DNA of 64,000 bases from an uncultured Gammaproteobacteria bacterium. GTDB taxonomy: Bacteria; Patescibacteriota; Microgenomatia; CAZETR01; Amesbacteraceae. The number at the start of each line of letters is the position of its first letter. Position 1 is the first letter of the stretch. The DNA lies in assembly GCA_964518565.1 (NCBI GenBank), contig CAZFGX010000001.1, forward strand, positions 669,404 to 733,403, written 5' to 3'. The notes under the pieces are model-generated. The model saw only the letters and a program-made list of their open reading frames with translations, ran no database searches and was not told the DNA's origin. The translations under genes were made by a program, and so were the position numbers. Shown here one piece after another: positions 39,018 to 50,925 of the stretch.

Positions 39018-39806
39018 ATGGGTAAAAAACGCGCTGCAGTTCTTGGATCAGACCAAGAAGAATCATTAAAAGCTGAAAAAGCCGTCAAACGCGAGCAAAA
39101 AAAATTGCGTGAAGGCCAAACAGTAAAAAAATCTTCTGAAAAAGAAGCTGCTCCTGTCATGGAACAAACAGCCCCTGAAGTAGAAACCAAATCCACTTCT
39201 CCCAAAAAAGACCATCATCGCTCTAAAGCCTATCAAACAGCAAAATCCGCAATTGACAGTAATAAAGTATATTCAATCGATGCTGGACTTACTCTGCTTC
39301 GCAAAGTTTCACTTACCAAATTTGATTCCACCGTCGAGCTTCACATTGTTCTCAAAAAAGCCCCAGAAGCCAAACTCTCAGTAAATCTTCCTCACAACAC
39401 CAAAGCTGGCAAAAAAGTTTCCCTCGTTACCGATGAACTCCTAGCCAAGCTCGAATCTGGCAATACCAATCTTGATCTAGACTTTATCGTCGCCACTCCA
39501 GCTCAAATGGGCAAACTCGTCAAATTTGCCAAAGTCTTAGGTCCAAAAGGTCTAATGCCAAATCCAAAAACCGGAACCGTCAGCGAAAAGCCAGAAGAAG
39601 CAGCCAAAAAACTCGCCGCAGACACCTCCATGGCTTTAAAAATCGACAAATCCGCCCCAGTAATCCACACAACAGTCGGCAAACTCTCACTCAAAGACGA
39701 TCAACTCCAAGAAAATATCCAAGCAATTCTCACTCTTTTACCCGGAAATCTGAAAAAAATCGTACTCAAATCAACTATGTCCCCAGCCATCAAGTTGCAA
39801 GCCTAA
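39018..39806 (+). CDS. rplA: 50S ribosomal protein L1 with lysine/glutamate-rich N-terminal extension
   Basis: KVYSIDAGLTLLRKVSLTKFDSTVELHIVLKK and the downstream L1 core. Immediately precedes rplJ. Confidence 0.9.
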   Translation: MGKKRAAVLGSDQEESLKAEKAVKREQKKLREGQTVKKSSEKEAAPVMEQTAPEVETKSTSPKKDHHRSKAYQTAKSAIDSNKVYSIDAGLTLLRKVSLTKFDSTVELHIVLKKAPEAKLSVNLPHNTKAGKKVSLVTDELLAKLESGNTNLDLDFIVATPAQMGKLVKFAKVLGPKGLMPNPKTGTVSEKPEEAAKKLAADTSMALKIDKSAPVIHTTVGKLSLKDDQLQENIQAILTLLPGNLKKIVLKSTMSPAIKLQA

Positions 39807-39823
39807 GCTTCTCTTGATACAAT
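39795..39823 (+). promoter_or_regulatory. candidate promoter for rplJ-rplL (TTGCAA-17-TACAAT), overlapping the rplA stop
   Basis: TTGCAA at 39795-39800 and TACAAT at 39818-39823 with a 17-nt spacer. Confidence 0.4.
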
Positions 39824-39878
39824 ACGTATCGTTAACCAAAGACAGCGTGCACACAAATAAGCCACGCCGAGGCAAAAT

Positions 39879-40391
39879 ATGGCTCCCAAAAAACTATCCA
39901 CCAAAAAAACAGATTCATTAGCCAAAATTAAAGATTTACTTCAAAAATCTAAATCTGTTGCTGTCGTCGACTACACTGGTCTAAAAGTCTCCCAAGCTAC
40001 TGAACTTCGAAAAACTATTCGCCAAGCAGGTGGTGAATATTTAGTTACCAAAAATACCCTCTTCAAGATTGCTACGGGAAACGACGAAGTCAATGTCACT
40101 GGTCTTTCAGGCTATGTCTTTTCTACTAAAGATGAAGTCTCAGCTATCAAATCCGTCGCAGAATTTTCAAAGAAAAACAACGTTTTAGCCTTCAAGGGTG
40201 GCATGCTTGGAGAAAAAATCCTGTCAGCCGAAGAGGTTTCCCAACTAGCTTCCCTACCAGACAAGCCAACCATGGTCGCCAAAATGCTGGGCAGTGTCAA
40301 AGCGCCTCTATTCAATCTAACCTACAACCTCAACTGGAATATTTCCAAATTAGTTCGCACGCTCGATGCAGTAGCCAAATCAAAATCTTAA
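39879..40391 (+). CDS. rplJ: 50S ribosomal protein L10
   Basis: L10 fold sequence. Sits upstream of L7/L12. Confidence 0.9.
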   Translation: MAPKKLSTKKTDSLAKIKDLLQKSKSVAVVDYTGLKVSQATELRKTIRQAGGEYLVTKNTLFKIATGNDEVNVTGLSGYVFSTKDEVSAIKSVAEFSKKNNVLAFKGGMLGEKILSAEEVSQLASLPDKPTMVAKMLGSVKAPLFNLTYNLNWNISKLVRTLDAVAKSKS

Positions 40392-40410
40392 AGGAGGTGA
40401 CCAATTAACA

Positions 40411-40800
40411 ATGTCAGACAAAGTAACCAAAATCATAGAACATATCGAAGCCTTGACCGTTATTGAACTCAACGAATTGGTCAAAGCATTAGAAGAAAAA
40501 TTCGGCGTCACAGCCGCAGCCCCAGTAGCTATGGCCGCAGCCCCAGCCGCTGGTGGAGCAGATGCTGCTGCCGCAGGTGAAGAAAAGTCTTCTTTCACCA
40601 TCGTCTTGAAAGATGCCGGAGCTCAAAAAATCGCCGTCATTAAAGCTCTTCGCGAAATCAACCCCAACTTAGGTTTGAAAGAAGCCAAAGATCTTTCAGA
40701 AAAAGCTGGTGCAGTTGTAGCAGAAAACGTCAACAAAGCTACAGCCGATGAAGCCAAAGCTAAACTCACCGCCGCAGGTGCAACCGTAGAACTGAAGTAA
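40411..40800 (+). CDS. rplL: 50S ribosomal protein L7/L12
   Basis: Ala-rich hinge and a C-terminal domain [10 protein letters not shown]...LGLKEAKDL. Confidence 0.95.
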   Translation: MSDKVTKIIEHIEALTVIELNELVKALEEKFGVTAAAPVAMAAAPAAGGADAAAAGEEKSSFTIVLKDAGAQKIAVIKALREINPNLGLKEAKDLSEKAGAVVAENVNKATADEAKAKLTAAGATVELK

Positions 40801-40814
40801 AGCTTCCTCTACAA

Positions 40815-40847
40815 ACAAAAAAAACGCTCCCATAAGGAGCGTTTTTT
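40815..40847. terminator. bidirectional intrinsic terminator
   Basis: AACGCTCC-cataa-GGAGCGTT flanked by an A-run (5') and a T-run (3'). It ends rplL on plus and the gene ending at 40856 on minus. Confidence 0.6.
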
Positions 40848-40855
40848 AATCCAAA

Positions 40856-41146
40856 TTACCCTCTACGCAGAATTTTTGCAGCCACATACACAGACACCCT
40901 TTGTTCATGAGAAAGCCGAATGGGAGAATCAGGATTTGCATGAGATTTAATTTTTGCCGACGCGTCATCAATAAGCTGCTGCAAATATACCCCAGAATTT
41001 CTGGATGTTTGGCGATTATTCATCGCACGTAAAGCAGTCACAACATCAGACACAGAGTCTATATACAGCTCTCCTGATGCAAAAAGTTTATCCAATCTGT
41101 CAGCACAGGCCTCATTGACCAATCGCTGTACGTCTCGTTCTATCAT
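40856..41146 (-). CDS. small hypothetical protein (96 aa)
   Basis: ORF with a protein-like helical sequence. No recognised motif. Confidence 0.45.
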   Translation of the reverse strand: MIERDVQRLVNEACADRLDKLFASGELYIDSVSDVVTALRAMNNRQTSRNSGVYLQQLIDDASAKIKSHANPDSPIRLSHEQRVSVYVAAKILRRG

Positions 41147-41226
41147 GGCGGTATTATACTATAAGTCTAAAAAAACAGCCAATGTTAAAATAAATCCCAA
41201 TCCCCCTCGCACATTCAAAAAGGAGT

Positions 41227-42006
41227 TTGATAAAAATGGTAAATGTTTTGTTATTTATCAGTATCGTTCTTATCTCTGTAACCTTGCACGAAATTGGTCA
41301 CTATATCTTCGCAAAACTATTTAATGTGTTTACAAACGAATTTGGCATCGGCGGACCTCCGTTTGGTCCTAAAAAGGTTTTATTCAAAATTGATGGAATG
41401 CCAGTTGTTCTACGCCCAATTCCTATAATGGGCTATGTGAAAGTTGCCACCGAAAAGGAAGACGTACCTTCAAATATGAAAAACAAGTTTGCCCTAGAAG
41501 AAATTTCAAAAATCAAGCAAATATTTTTCCTACTCTCAGGCGTAATTATGAACTATATCCTAGCAGTATTTGCATTTATTCTAGCTGCTATAGAAAAATT
41601 TAATGGTCATTTACTTGAGTTGTTCCTTCGAGCCATATCCGCACCAGTTCTTGGTATGGGTTTTATGTTTCAGTTGTTTTTTGGGACATTAAAGAATGCT
41701 TCATTCACTGACTTTTCAAATGTAAACGCGCTCGATATTGTGTCTCAAAAACCTACCATTGTTGGTAGTGATATTTGGGTATATGTATTTTTAATCAACC
41801 TGAGTTTAATTTTCTTCAATCTATGCTTACCAATTTTTGGGGTAACTGATGGTGGAAAAATCATTTTGATAGTTATAGAAAAAATCTTTGGCAAGCATGG
41901 ACCGTTTATCAAACAAATTTTAACCGCAACCGGAGTATTTGTGTTCTTATTATTTGTTTTGGTCAGCTGTGGCGCTGATGCTTTTCATCTAATAACACGC
42001 AAATAA
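41227..42006 (+). CDS. M50-family (site-2 protease-like) membrane zinc metalloprotease
   Basis: HEIGHY in the first TM helix (HExxH), polytopic, no PDZ domain. SD AAAGGAG lies upstream. Confidence 0.65.
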   Translation: MIKMVNVLLFISIVLISVTLHEIGHYIFAKLFNVFTNEFGIGGPPFGPKKVLFKIDGMPVVLRPIPIMGYVKVATEKEDVPSNMKNKFALEEISKIKQIFFLLSGVIMNYILAVFAFILAAIEKFNGHLLELFLRAISAPVLGMGFMFQLFFGTLKNASFTDFSNVNALDIVSQKPTIVGSDIWVYVFLINLSLIFFNLCLPIFGVTDGGKIILIVIEKIFGKHGPFIKQILTATGVFVFLLFVLVSCGADAFHLITRK

Positions 42007-42014
42007 ACTCTACA

Positions 42015-42048
42015 CCCCAGCATCACAATTGTGATTCTGGGGTTTTTT
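42015..42048 (+). terminator. intrinsic terminator after the M50 gene
   Basis: CCCCAG-c-ATCACAA/TTGTGAT-t-CTGGGG hairpin followed by TTTTTT. The T-run overlaps the mreB stop on the opposite strand. Confidence 0.5.
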
Positions 42049-43054
42049 ATTTCTTAGTCACACTTTTTTTGTACAAATCCAAATTTTCAATCGCAATTCC
42101 TGTTCCCCGAACCACACATAATAGCGGCTCTTCAGCCACATGACATGGCACTCCAGTCAGTTCTGTCATCAATCGATCAAAATTTCGTATCGTGGACGTT
42201 CCGCCACTCATGACAATCCCCTTATCAATAATATCTGATGCCAATTCTGGTGGAGTTTCCTCTAGCACTCCACGAGCGGCACCCACTATTTGCATCAAAA
42301 CTGGTCGGATAGCCTCCGTAATTTCAGTGGAAGTTACCATCATTGCTCTGGGTAATCCGGTGACATAATCCCGACCCTTAACCTCCACTGTTTCAACGAC
42401 TGGCAATACTGTGGCTGAGCCAATTCGTTTTTTTACCTCTTCTGCCGTCGTATCACCCACCAACAAATTATGACGTTTTTTAAGATACATAATAATCGCC
42501 TCATCTATTTTATTTCCCGCCACCCGCACGCTTTTATGTACCACCACTCCACCCAAAGAAATCACCGCTGCTTCGGCCGACCCACCACCAATATCGATAA
42601 TCATATTTCCACTGGCTGCAGCAATCGGAATTTTTGCTCCAATAGCGGCTGCCAATGGCTCATCTATTAAATATGCCACCTTAGCCCCTGCTGAAAGCGC
42701 AGCATCCAATACCGCCCGCCGTTCAACCTGGGTCACCCCTGCTGGCACGCAAATCATTACTTCTGGTTTGAGAAAAAACACTCTTCCGCAGACTTTTTGA
42801 ATAAACACCTGCAACATAGCTTGGGTTACTTTGTAATCCGCAATCACCCCATCACGCATCGGGCGTGAAGCTTTAATATTGCCGGGGGTCTTCCCCAGCA
42901 TTTCTTTTGCCTCATTCCCCACCGCCAATACCCGACCATCATCACTCGAAACCGCCACTACAGTTGGCTCATTCATCACAATCCCTTCTCCAGCCACATA
43001 GACCAGACTATTCGCAGTCCCCAAATCAATACCTATACGTCTTCCAAATTTCAT
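42047..43054 (-). CDS. mreB: rod-shape-determining actin homolog MreB
   Basis: IGIDLGTANSLVY phosphate-1 motif and the actin-fold motifs throughout. Confidence 0.95.
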   Translation of the reverse strand: MKFGRRIGIDLGTANSLVYVAGEGIVMNEPTVVAVSSDDGRVLAVGNEAKEMLGKTPGNIKASRPMRDGVIADYKVTQAMLQVFIQKVCGRVFFLKPEVMICVPAGVTQVERRAVLDAALSAGAKVAYLIDEPLAAAIGAKIPIAAASGNMIIDIGGGSAEAAVISLGGVVVHKSVRVAGNKIDEAIIMYLKKRHNLLVGDTTAEEVKKRIGSATVLPVVETVEVKGRDYVTGLPRAMMVTSTEITEAIRPVLMQIVGAARGVLEETPPELASDIIDKGIVMSGGTSTIRNFDRLMTELTGVPCHVAEEPLLCVVRGTGIAIENLDLYKKSVTKK

Positions 43055-43094
43055 AAAAAAAATAAATATCTAACTCGAGCAGATTGTACAGTAA

Positions 43095-44336
43095 ATGCTA
43101 GAATCTATGTATATGCAAGGCGCATTAAAAACTCGCATCCTCCTCTCATGTCTCAGTGTGATTGTCGTGATTATTGGAACCATCTTCGCCATTAAGTTTG
43201 CCAAAGGTTACCGACCAGATTTACAAAATGGCACTTTTCGACCAACCGGAATCATTAACATGGAGTCATATCCTGAATCCGCAAAGGTTTATATCAATGG
43301 CGAATACAAAACTATTACCAAAGACAAAATAAATCTTGACCCAGGTATCTATGATGTAGAAATTCGTCTCGATGGCTTTGTTACCTGGAAAAAACAAATT
43401 ACAATCGAACCCGAAGTCGTGAGCAACGTCACTGCCTGGCTTTTCCCATCAGTCCCATCACTCAAGGCAATTACTAGTAACGGCGCCAGTATGCCAGTCA
43501 TCTCTCCAGATGGCACAAAAATTGCCTATATCAGAACAGAAAAAAATAGCAATAAACTATACACACTAGATCTTACAGAATCAGCTTTTGGCTTCATCAG
43601 CCGCGACCCAAAAGAGATCTCTACTGATCTTTCTACTCCAAATTCCATTCGTTGGTCACCTGACAGTCGACAAATTTTATATTCCGCCTCCGCCTCTGCA
43701 ATACTTATTGACACCAACGGTCAAAAAACCACCCCAGATGTCGTAGCACTCCAAAAACAATGGCAAACACTCGCCGACCAAAAAGAAGCAGATAAATTTG
43801 CGAATCTACCAGAGAAACTGCAACAGATTTTTGCCACTTCTTCGGCCAATGTTGTCTGGTCACCAAAAGAAGACAAAATTATGTATACCGCTACCGCTTC
43901 GGCCGTTATAGCTGAAAATATCATTCCCCAATTACCCGGATCCAGTTCCCAAATCCAACAACGTACACTAGTACCAAACCATGTTTATATTTATGATGTC
44001 GAAGAAGATCGAAATTTCTTAATAGATACCATCAATCCAGTAATTCCTACTCAATGTCCACCAAAATCCAAATGCCCAAACATAAATCCTGTGAACACGT
44101 CAGCCAAAAATAATAATTGGCAATGGTTCCCCACCTCAAACCACATTATTCGCGCTCTTGATGGCAAAATTACAATCATGGAATACGATGCGCAAAATGC
44201 CACCACTGTCTATGCAGGACCCATGGAAAGCAATTTCATCGCCCCATACCCATCCACCAAACAAGTACTCATCCTCTCAAATCTCAACCCCACTCTCTCC
44301 CTCACACCCAACCTCTACGCAGTGAGCCTTAGGTAA
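43095..44336 (+). CDS. membrane-anchored PEGA-domain / TolB-like beta-propeller protein
   Basis: TM helix, then AKVYINGEYKTITKDKINLDPGIYDVEIRLDGF (PEGA), then repeated SPDG/SPDS/SPKE..Y blades. Confidence 0.6.
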   Translation: MLESMYMQGALKTRILLSCLSVIVVIIGTIFAIKFAKGYRPDLQNGTFRPTGIINMESYPESAKVYINGEYKTITKDKINLDPGIYDVEIRLDGFVTWKKQITIEPEVVSNVTAWLFPSVPSLKAITSNGASMPVISPDGTKIAYIRTEKNSNKLYTLDLTESAFGFISRDPKEISTDLSTPNSIRWSPDSRQILYSASASAILIDTNGQKTTPDVVALQKQWQTLADQKEADKFANLPEKLQQIFATSSANVVWSPKEDKIMYTATASAVIAENIIPQLPGSSSQIQQRTLVPNHVYIYDVEEDRNFLIDTINPVIPTQCPPKSKCPNINPVNTSAKNNNWQWFPTSNHIIRALDGKITIMEYDAQNATTVYAGPMESNFIAPYPSTKQVLILSNLNPTLSLTPNLYAVSLR

Positions 44337-44357
44337 TTGTATATAATCATCTCTGAC

Positions 44358-44432
44358 GCCCTAGTAGCTCAACGGATAGAGCAGACCCGTCCTAAGGGTA
44401 AGATGAGGGTTCAATTCCTTCCTGGGGCACCA
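44358..44432 (+). tRNA. tRNA-Arg (anticodon CCU), CCA encoded
   Basis: Cloverleaf with acceptor GCCCTAG/CTGGGGC, D-stem GCTC/GAGC, anticodon loop gUCCUaa, T-arm GAGGG-TTCAATT-CCTTC, discriminator A and CCA. Confidence 0.8.
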
Positions 44433-44454
44433 AAGAGTAAAATAACGTGATTCT

Positions 44455-44529
44455 CGGGGTGTAGGTCATCGGTAGACCGCCTGTTTCGGGTACAGGAGGC
44501 AGAGGGTTCAATTCCCTCCACCCCGACCA
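44455..44529 (+). tRNA. tRNA-Pro (anticodon CGG), CCA encoded
   Basis: Acceptor CGGGGTG/CACCCCG, D-stem GGTC/GACC, anticodon stem CCTGT/ACAGG with loop uUCGGGu (G37), T-arm GAGGG-TTCAATT-CCCTC and CCA. Confidence 0.85.
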
Positions 44530-44532
44530 AAT

Positions 44533-44565
44533 GGAGGAAATAAAAGACACCGCCTTCGCGGTGTC
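44533..44565 (-). terminator. intrinsic terminator for the long minus-strand operon (reads through the ndk 3' region)
   Basis: GACACCGC-cttc-GCGGTGTC hairpin at 44546-44565, followed on the minus strand by UUUUAUUUCC. Confidence 0.45.
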
Positions 44566-44910
44566 ATAATAAAAACTCCAACCAAAAATATCCTACGCAA
44601 AATCTCCACCGACCAACAAGAAATCTTTAATAACGGAAAAGATATTTTTTACTGTCACTGGTTTCTCTTCCACAATGGGTGAAGCGATTTTTTTGATTAC
44701 CAATCCTTTTATCTTTATAGCAGTCATAAATATATAGAACCACTTAGCTCATAGTACTGTCAATACCCAGAAATTAAAAACAAACACAATTTGTGTTCAT
44801 TTATTAGACCAATATATACTCAATAAAATGCCTCAACATCGGCCAATAAATAAAATTAATTAATCAATTTTTATATACAATTTCAGAAGAGGACCAAAAT
44901 ACTATGAGAC

Positions 44911-45384
44911 TTATTTTCTCTCTTGTTCGGAGTATACCAATGCATCCATGCCACTTTGATAATCAAAAATTTCTTCTTTTTTAAACAACATAGCAATTTC
45001 TTTTTCTGCTGATTCTATTGAGTCAGAAGCATGAATCATATTTTGTGCACCACTCATTCCGAAATCTCCACGGATAGATCCCGCCTCTGCTTCTCTGCCT
45101 TTTGTAGAACCAACTATTTTACGAACAGCAGGAATAACATCATATCCTTCTAGCACCATAGCAACTACTGGTGTCCATTGCATAAAACTCTTCAATTCAC
45201 CAAAAAAACTCTTCTCCTTGTGGTGAGCATACCAAGTGTCAATAATCTGATCAGTCAACGCCACCATTTTGAGCCCTAGAATTTTTAGTCCTTTACGTTC
45301 GAATCGATGAACTATTTCACCCACCAAACCACGTTGCATGCCATCCGGCTTTATCAACACAACAGTTTTTTGCATATTTATCAT
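44911..45384 (-). CDS. ndk: nucleoside diphosphate kinase
   Basis: VVLIKPDGMQRGLVGEIV ... catalytic His region NMIHASDS. The family start is probably MQKT at 45375. Confidence 0.9.
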   Translation of the reverse strand: MINMQKTVVLIKPDGMQRGLVGEIVHRFERKGLKILGLKMVALTDQIIDTWYAHHKEKSFFGELKSFMQWTPVVAMVLEGYDVIPAVRKIVGSTKGREAEAGSIRGDFGMSGAQNMIHASDSIESAEKEIAMLFKKEEIFDYQSGMDALVYSEQERK

Positions 45385-45402
45385 TTGCTGATTATATCAA
45401 AG

Positions 45403-46686
45403 CTAATCCAAACTGAGAAGACTACGCAAACTCTTTGCTCTGTCTTTATTGACAGGTCCCACCACTGCCAAATTCAAATTCTGAGTCACAAAGATATCTT
45501 TTGCTATATTTTGTATATCGTCCACGGTAACTTTATTCATACCCTCTTCTATTTGCGAGTAGGTCAACACCTCCTCTGGCGTATCTAATACTTGTTTGGC
45601 ATAAAAATTCATTTGGTTAATTGGATTCTCCATTGAAAACAACATCGGTCCTCGCAGTTTCTCTCTGGCAGCATCCAATTCAGATTGAGTTAATTTTTCC
45701 GTCTTCATTCGTTTTAGCTCAGCCAGAATAGCCACGATCGCATCTTCCAACTTTTCAATATTCAACCCAGCATAGACTCCCCAAATACCAGTATCTGGAT
45801 ACCGCTCCTCCGATGCATGAACGGCATAACACAAACCTCGCTTCTCTCGTAGTTCCAAAAACAACCGACTAGACAATCCGCTACCCAAATAAGAAGTCAA
45901 TATTCCCAATGCAAACCTACGCGGATCTTTTGAAGTCAATCCTCGCAAACCAATCTCGATGTGTACTTGTTGTGCCAAATCTTTTTCATGAACCAAAATT
46001 TCCGGACCAGTTTGATTGACCTCAACTGGAGCAAACCCACCAGGCTCACCATCCCGAGCCCCCAAAAACCAGTCACCGATGACCGATCTGACAGTGGCCA
46101 TATCAGAGATTTTTCCCGCCAAAACTACGACGATATTTTTGGCCACATATTGAGATTGGTGATAATCCAAAAAATCTTGACGCGAAATCTGTTTAATATT
46201 CTCTGCCGGACCCAAAACAGTCATACCCAAAGAATTTTGACCAAATAACAACTGGTACAAATCTTCAGATACAATCTCATCTGGACGATCTTCACGTCTG
46301 TTAATTTCTTCCAATATTACTCCACGCTCAATTTCCAGATCATTAGCAGGCAATGTCGGGTTCAGGGCCAGCTCTTTCACCAGTTCCAGCCCTTCAGACC
46401 AACGATTATGAGGCACCTTACACCAATAAGCCGTAGCATCTACATCCGTCCAGGCGTTTTGGATGGCACCTAGTCCTTCCAAATAACTTGTTTCAGTATG
46501 TGAAGGGTATTTCTTGGTTCCTTTAAATACCATATGTTCCAAAAAATGTGAGATACCATTAATTCGAGTAGATTCATATCGAGATCCTGTTCCCACATAA
46601 ACACCAATAGCAGTACTTTGTACACCTTCCATTGGCACCATAACTACTCGCACACCATTTGCCAATGAATATTGTTCAAAACTCAT
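45403..46686 (-). CDS. M16-family (insulinase/pitrilysin-like) zinc peptidase
   Basis: Inverted zinc motif HFLEHMVFKGT (HxxEH) and a downstream E in the typical M16 position. Confidence 0.85.
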   Translation of the reverse strand: MSFEQYSLANGVRVVMVPMEGVQSTAIGVYVGTGSRYESTRINGISHFLEHMVFKGTKKYPSHTETSYLEGLGAIQNAWTDVDATAYWCKVPHNRWSEGLELVKELALNPTLPANDLEIERGVILEEINRREDRPDEIVSEDLYQLLFGQNSLGMTVLGPAENIKQISRQDFLDYHQSQYVAKNIVVVLAGKISDMATVRSVIGDWFLGARDGEPGGFAPVEVNQTGPEILVHEKDLAQQVHIEIGLRGLTSKDPRRFALGILTSYLGSGLSSRLFLELREKRGLCYAVHASEERYPDTGIWGVYAGLNIEKLEDAIVAILAELKRMKTEKLTQSELDAAREKLRGPMLFSMENPINQMNFYAKQVLDTPEEVLTYSQIEEGMNKVTVDDIQNIAKDIFVTQNLNLAVVGPVNKDRAKSLRSLLSLD

Positions 46687-46698
46687 CGCTGTATTCTC

Positions 46699-48432
46699 CT
46701 ACATTCGTTTCACTGCTTCAATGCCCAAAATATGCAGGCCATTTTTCAATACCTGGCCGACAGCGGTAGTCATTAAAATTCGAAAATCCCGCTGAATAGC
46801 CTCATCTGCCTGCAATACACTAAAATTATTATAAAAAGCATTGTAACTTTGGGCTAATTCAAATAAATAATTACATAGCAGATTTGGCTGTAGTCTGCTA
46901 GCCGACTGTTCAACAACAGAGCCAAATTTAATGACAGTTTTTACAACCATTTCTTCAGCCAAATTTATCCTGTAATCTTTAAACATGTCTATATCAAAGG
47001 ATTTTTTTTCATATTTCTCTAGGATACTTTGCGTACGCGCATATGCATATTGCAAGTAAGGTCCAGAGTTACCTTGTAAAGCCATAATCGACTCCCAATC
47101 AAAAACAATGTCTGAAGAAATATTGTGAGACAGATCAAAATATTTGACGGCACCTACACCGACCGAAGTTGCAGTCTCGCGATCGTCCACCCCTAAACGA
47201 GTGGCCCGATCGATCGCCTCCTCCAAAACAGCCTCAAGTTTAACAGTCTTACCAGAACGAGTGCTAAACTTTTTACCATCTGGCGCCAGGTATAAACCAT
47301 GTTTTGTATGAACAAGTTCTGTAGAAGCAGTGGTATAGCCCAACGCCGATGCCACGGAAAATATCTGCTGAAAATGCAATGTTTGTTCATGACCCACTTC
47401 GTAAATAATTTTTACCGGTTTCCACTCTTGCATACGAAACTTTATCGTCGCCAAATCTCGAGTTGCGTAGGTACTCGCCCCATCGCTCTTGACCAACATT
47501 AGAGGCGTGTGACTACCGGGTACATCTATCACAAGAGCCCCCTCACTTTCGTATGCCAAACCTAGACGTTTTGCATCGGAAATCACTTCCGGCATAATTT
47601 GCTCGTAAAAACTCTCACCATACGCATGATCAATCGTTACATTTAGCAGTGAGTAAATCGGTTTATATTCAGACATAGATATATCTACACATATCTTCCA
47701 TAGTTTCTTAGCTTGTTCATCTCCAGACTCCAATCGTTTAAACCATTCTCGCCCAGCTTGTTCTAATTCAGGCTCTTTCTCCAATCGAGAGTGAAATTCT
47801 ACATACCACTGCTCTAGTTTTTCGATCGTGAGATTTGAATCCTTTTTTTCATCAATCATGTAAAGCAATTTACCAAATTGTGTACCCCAATCTCCCAAAT
47901 GGTTGTCCCCTATGACTTTATAGCCCTGGAATCGCAAAAGATTATAGAGAGCTTGACCAATAATCGTAGACCGCAAGTGGCCAATCCCAAAAGGTTTTGC
48001 TATATTAGGAGCAGAATAATCGACAACTATTCGCTTCTCTTCATCTATTTTACCTTTTCCATACTCTTTACCCTCTTTTAGCACTCTATACAAATCTTTG
48101 ATAACGCAATCAGTTTGGAGCCATATATTGAGAAAACCGGGTCCTGCAACTTCTACCTTTTTAATAATTTCATCACCAGTAAGATTTGCACAAATATAAT
48201 TGGCAAACTCTTTAGTATTACTGAATTTACTAGGAATATTATTAGTTTTAACTCCAGAAATTGAAGTTTTTATTTTTTTAAATGCTATTAAAGCCAAGTT
48301 TGTTGATATATCACCAAATTCACTAGAGTCAGGATATTCTAAATGTATTTCTGATTCTTCAAAATTTTCAATAATTTGATCTTTTAAGATATTAAATATT
48401 CTTCTTTTAATATGTGATTGTATATTATCCAT
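46699..48432 (-). CDS. argS: arginyl-tRNA synthetase
   Basis: PNIAKPFGIGHLRSTIIG (HIGH-class signature region) and a C-terminal DALR anticodon-binding region. Confidence 0.9.
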   Translation of the reverse strand: MDNIQSHIKRRIFNILKDQIIENFEESEIHLEYPDSSEFGDISTNLALIAFKKIKTSISGVKTNNIPSKFSNTKEFANYICANLTGDEIIKKVEVAGPGFLNIWLQTDCVIKDLYRVLKEGKEYGKGKIDEEKRIVVDYSAPNIAKPFGIGHLRSTIIGQALYNLLRFQGYKVIGDNHLGDWGTQFGKLLYMIDEKKDSNLTIEKLEQWYVEFHSRLEKEPELEQAGREWFKRLESGDEQAKKLWKICVDISMSEYKPIYSLLNVTIDHAYGESFYEQIMPEVISDAKRLGLAYESEGALVIDVPGSHTPLMLVKSDGASTYATRDLATIKFRMQEWKPVKIIYEVGHEQTLHFQQIFSVASALGYTTASTELVHTKHGLYLAPDGKKFSTRSGKTVKLEAVLEEAIDRATRLGVDDRETATSVGVGAVKYFDLSHNISSDIVFDWESIMALQGNSGPYLQYAYARTQSILEKYEKKSFDIDMFKDYRINLAEEMVVKTVIKFGSVVEQSASRLQPNLLCNYLFELAQSYNAFYNNFSVLQADEAIQRDFRILMTTAVGQVLKNGLHILGIEAVKRM

Positions 48433-48444
48433 AAGCCAATTTTA

Positions 48445-50923
<2,479 letters not shown>

Positions 50924-50925
50924 AT

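Noticed and set aside
44566-44910. Hidden tmRNA, RNase P RNA or SRP RNA in the non-coding gap.
   Set aside because: By eye I found none of the conserved cores: the tmRNA tRNA-like 3' end, the SRP GGAAGCAGC-type loop, or the RNase P GNAANNUCGGGC-like P4 strands. It is left as an open ncRNA possibility only.
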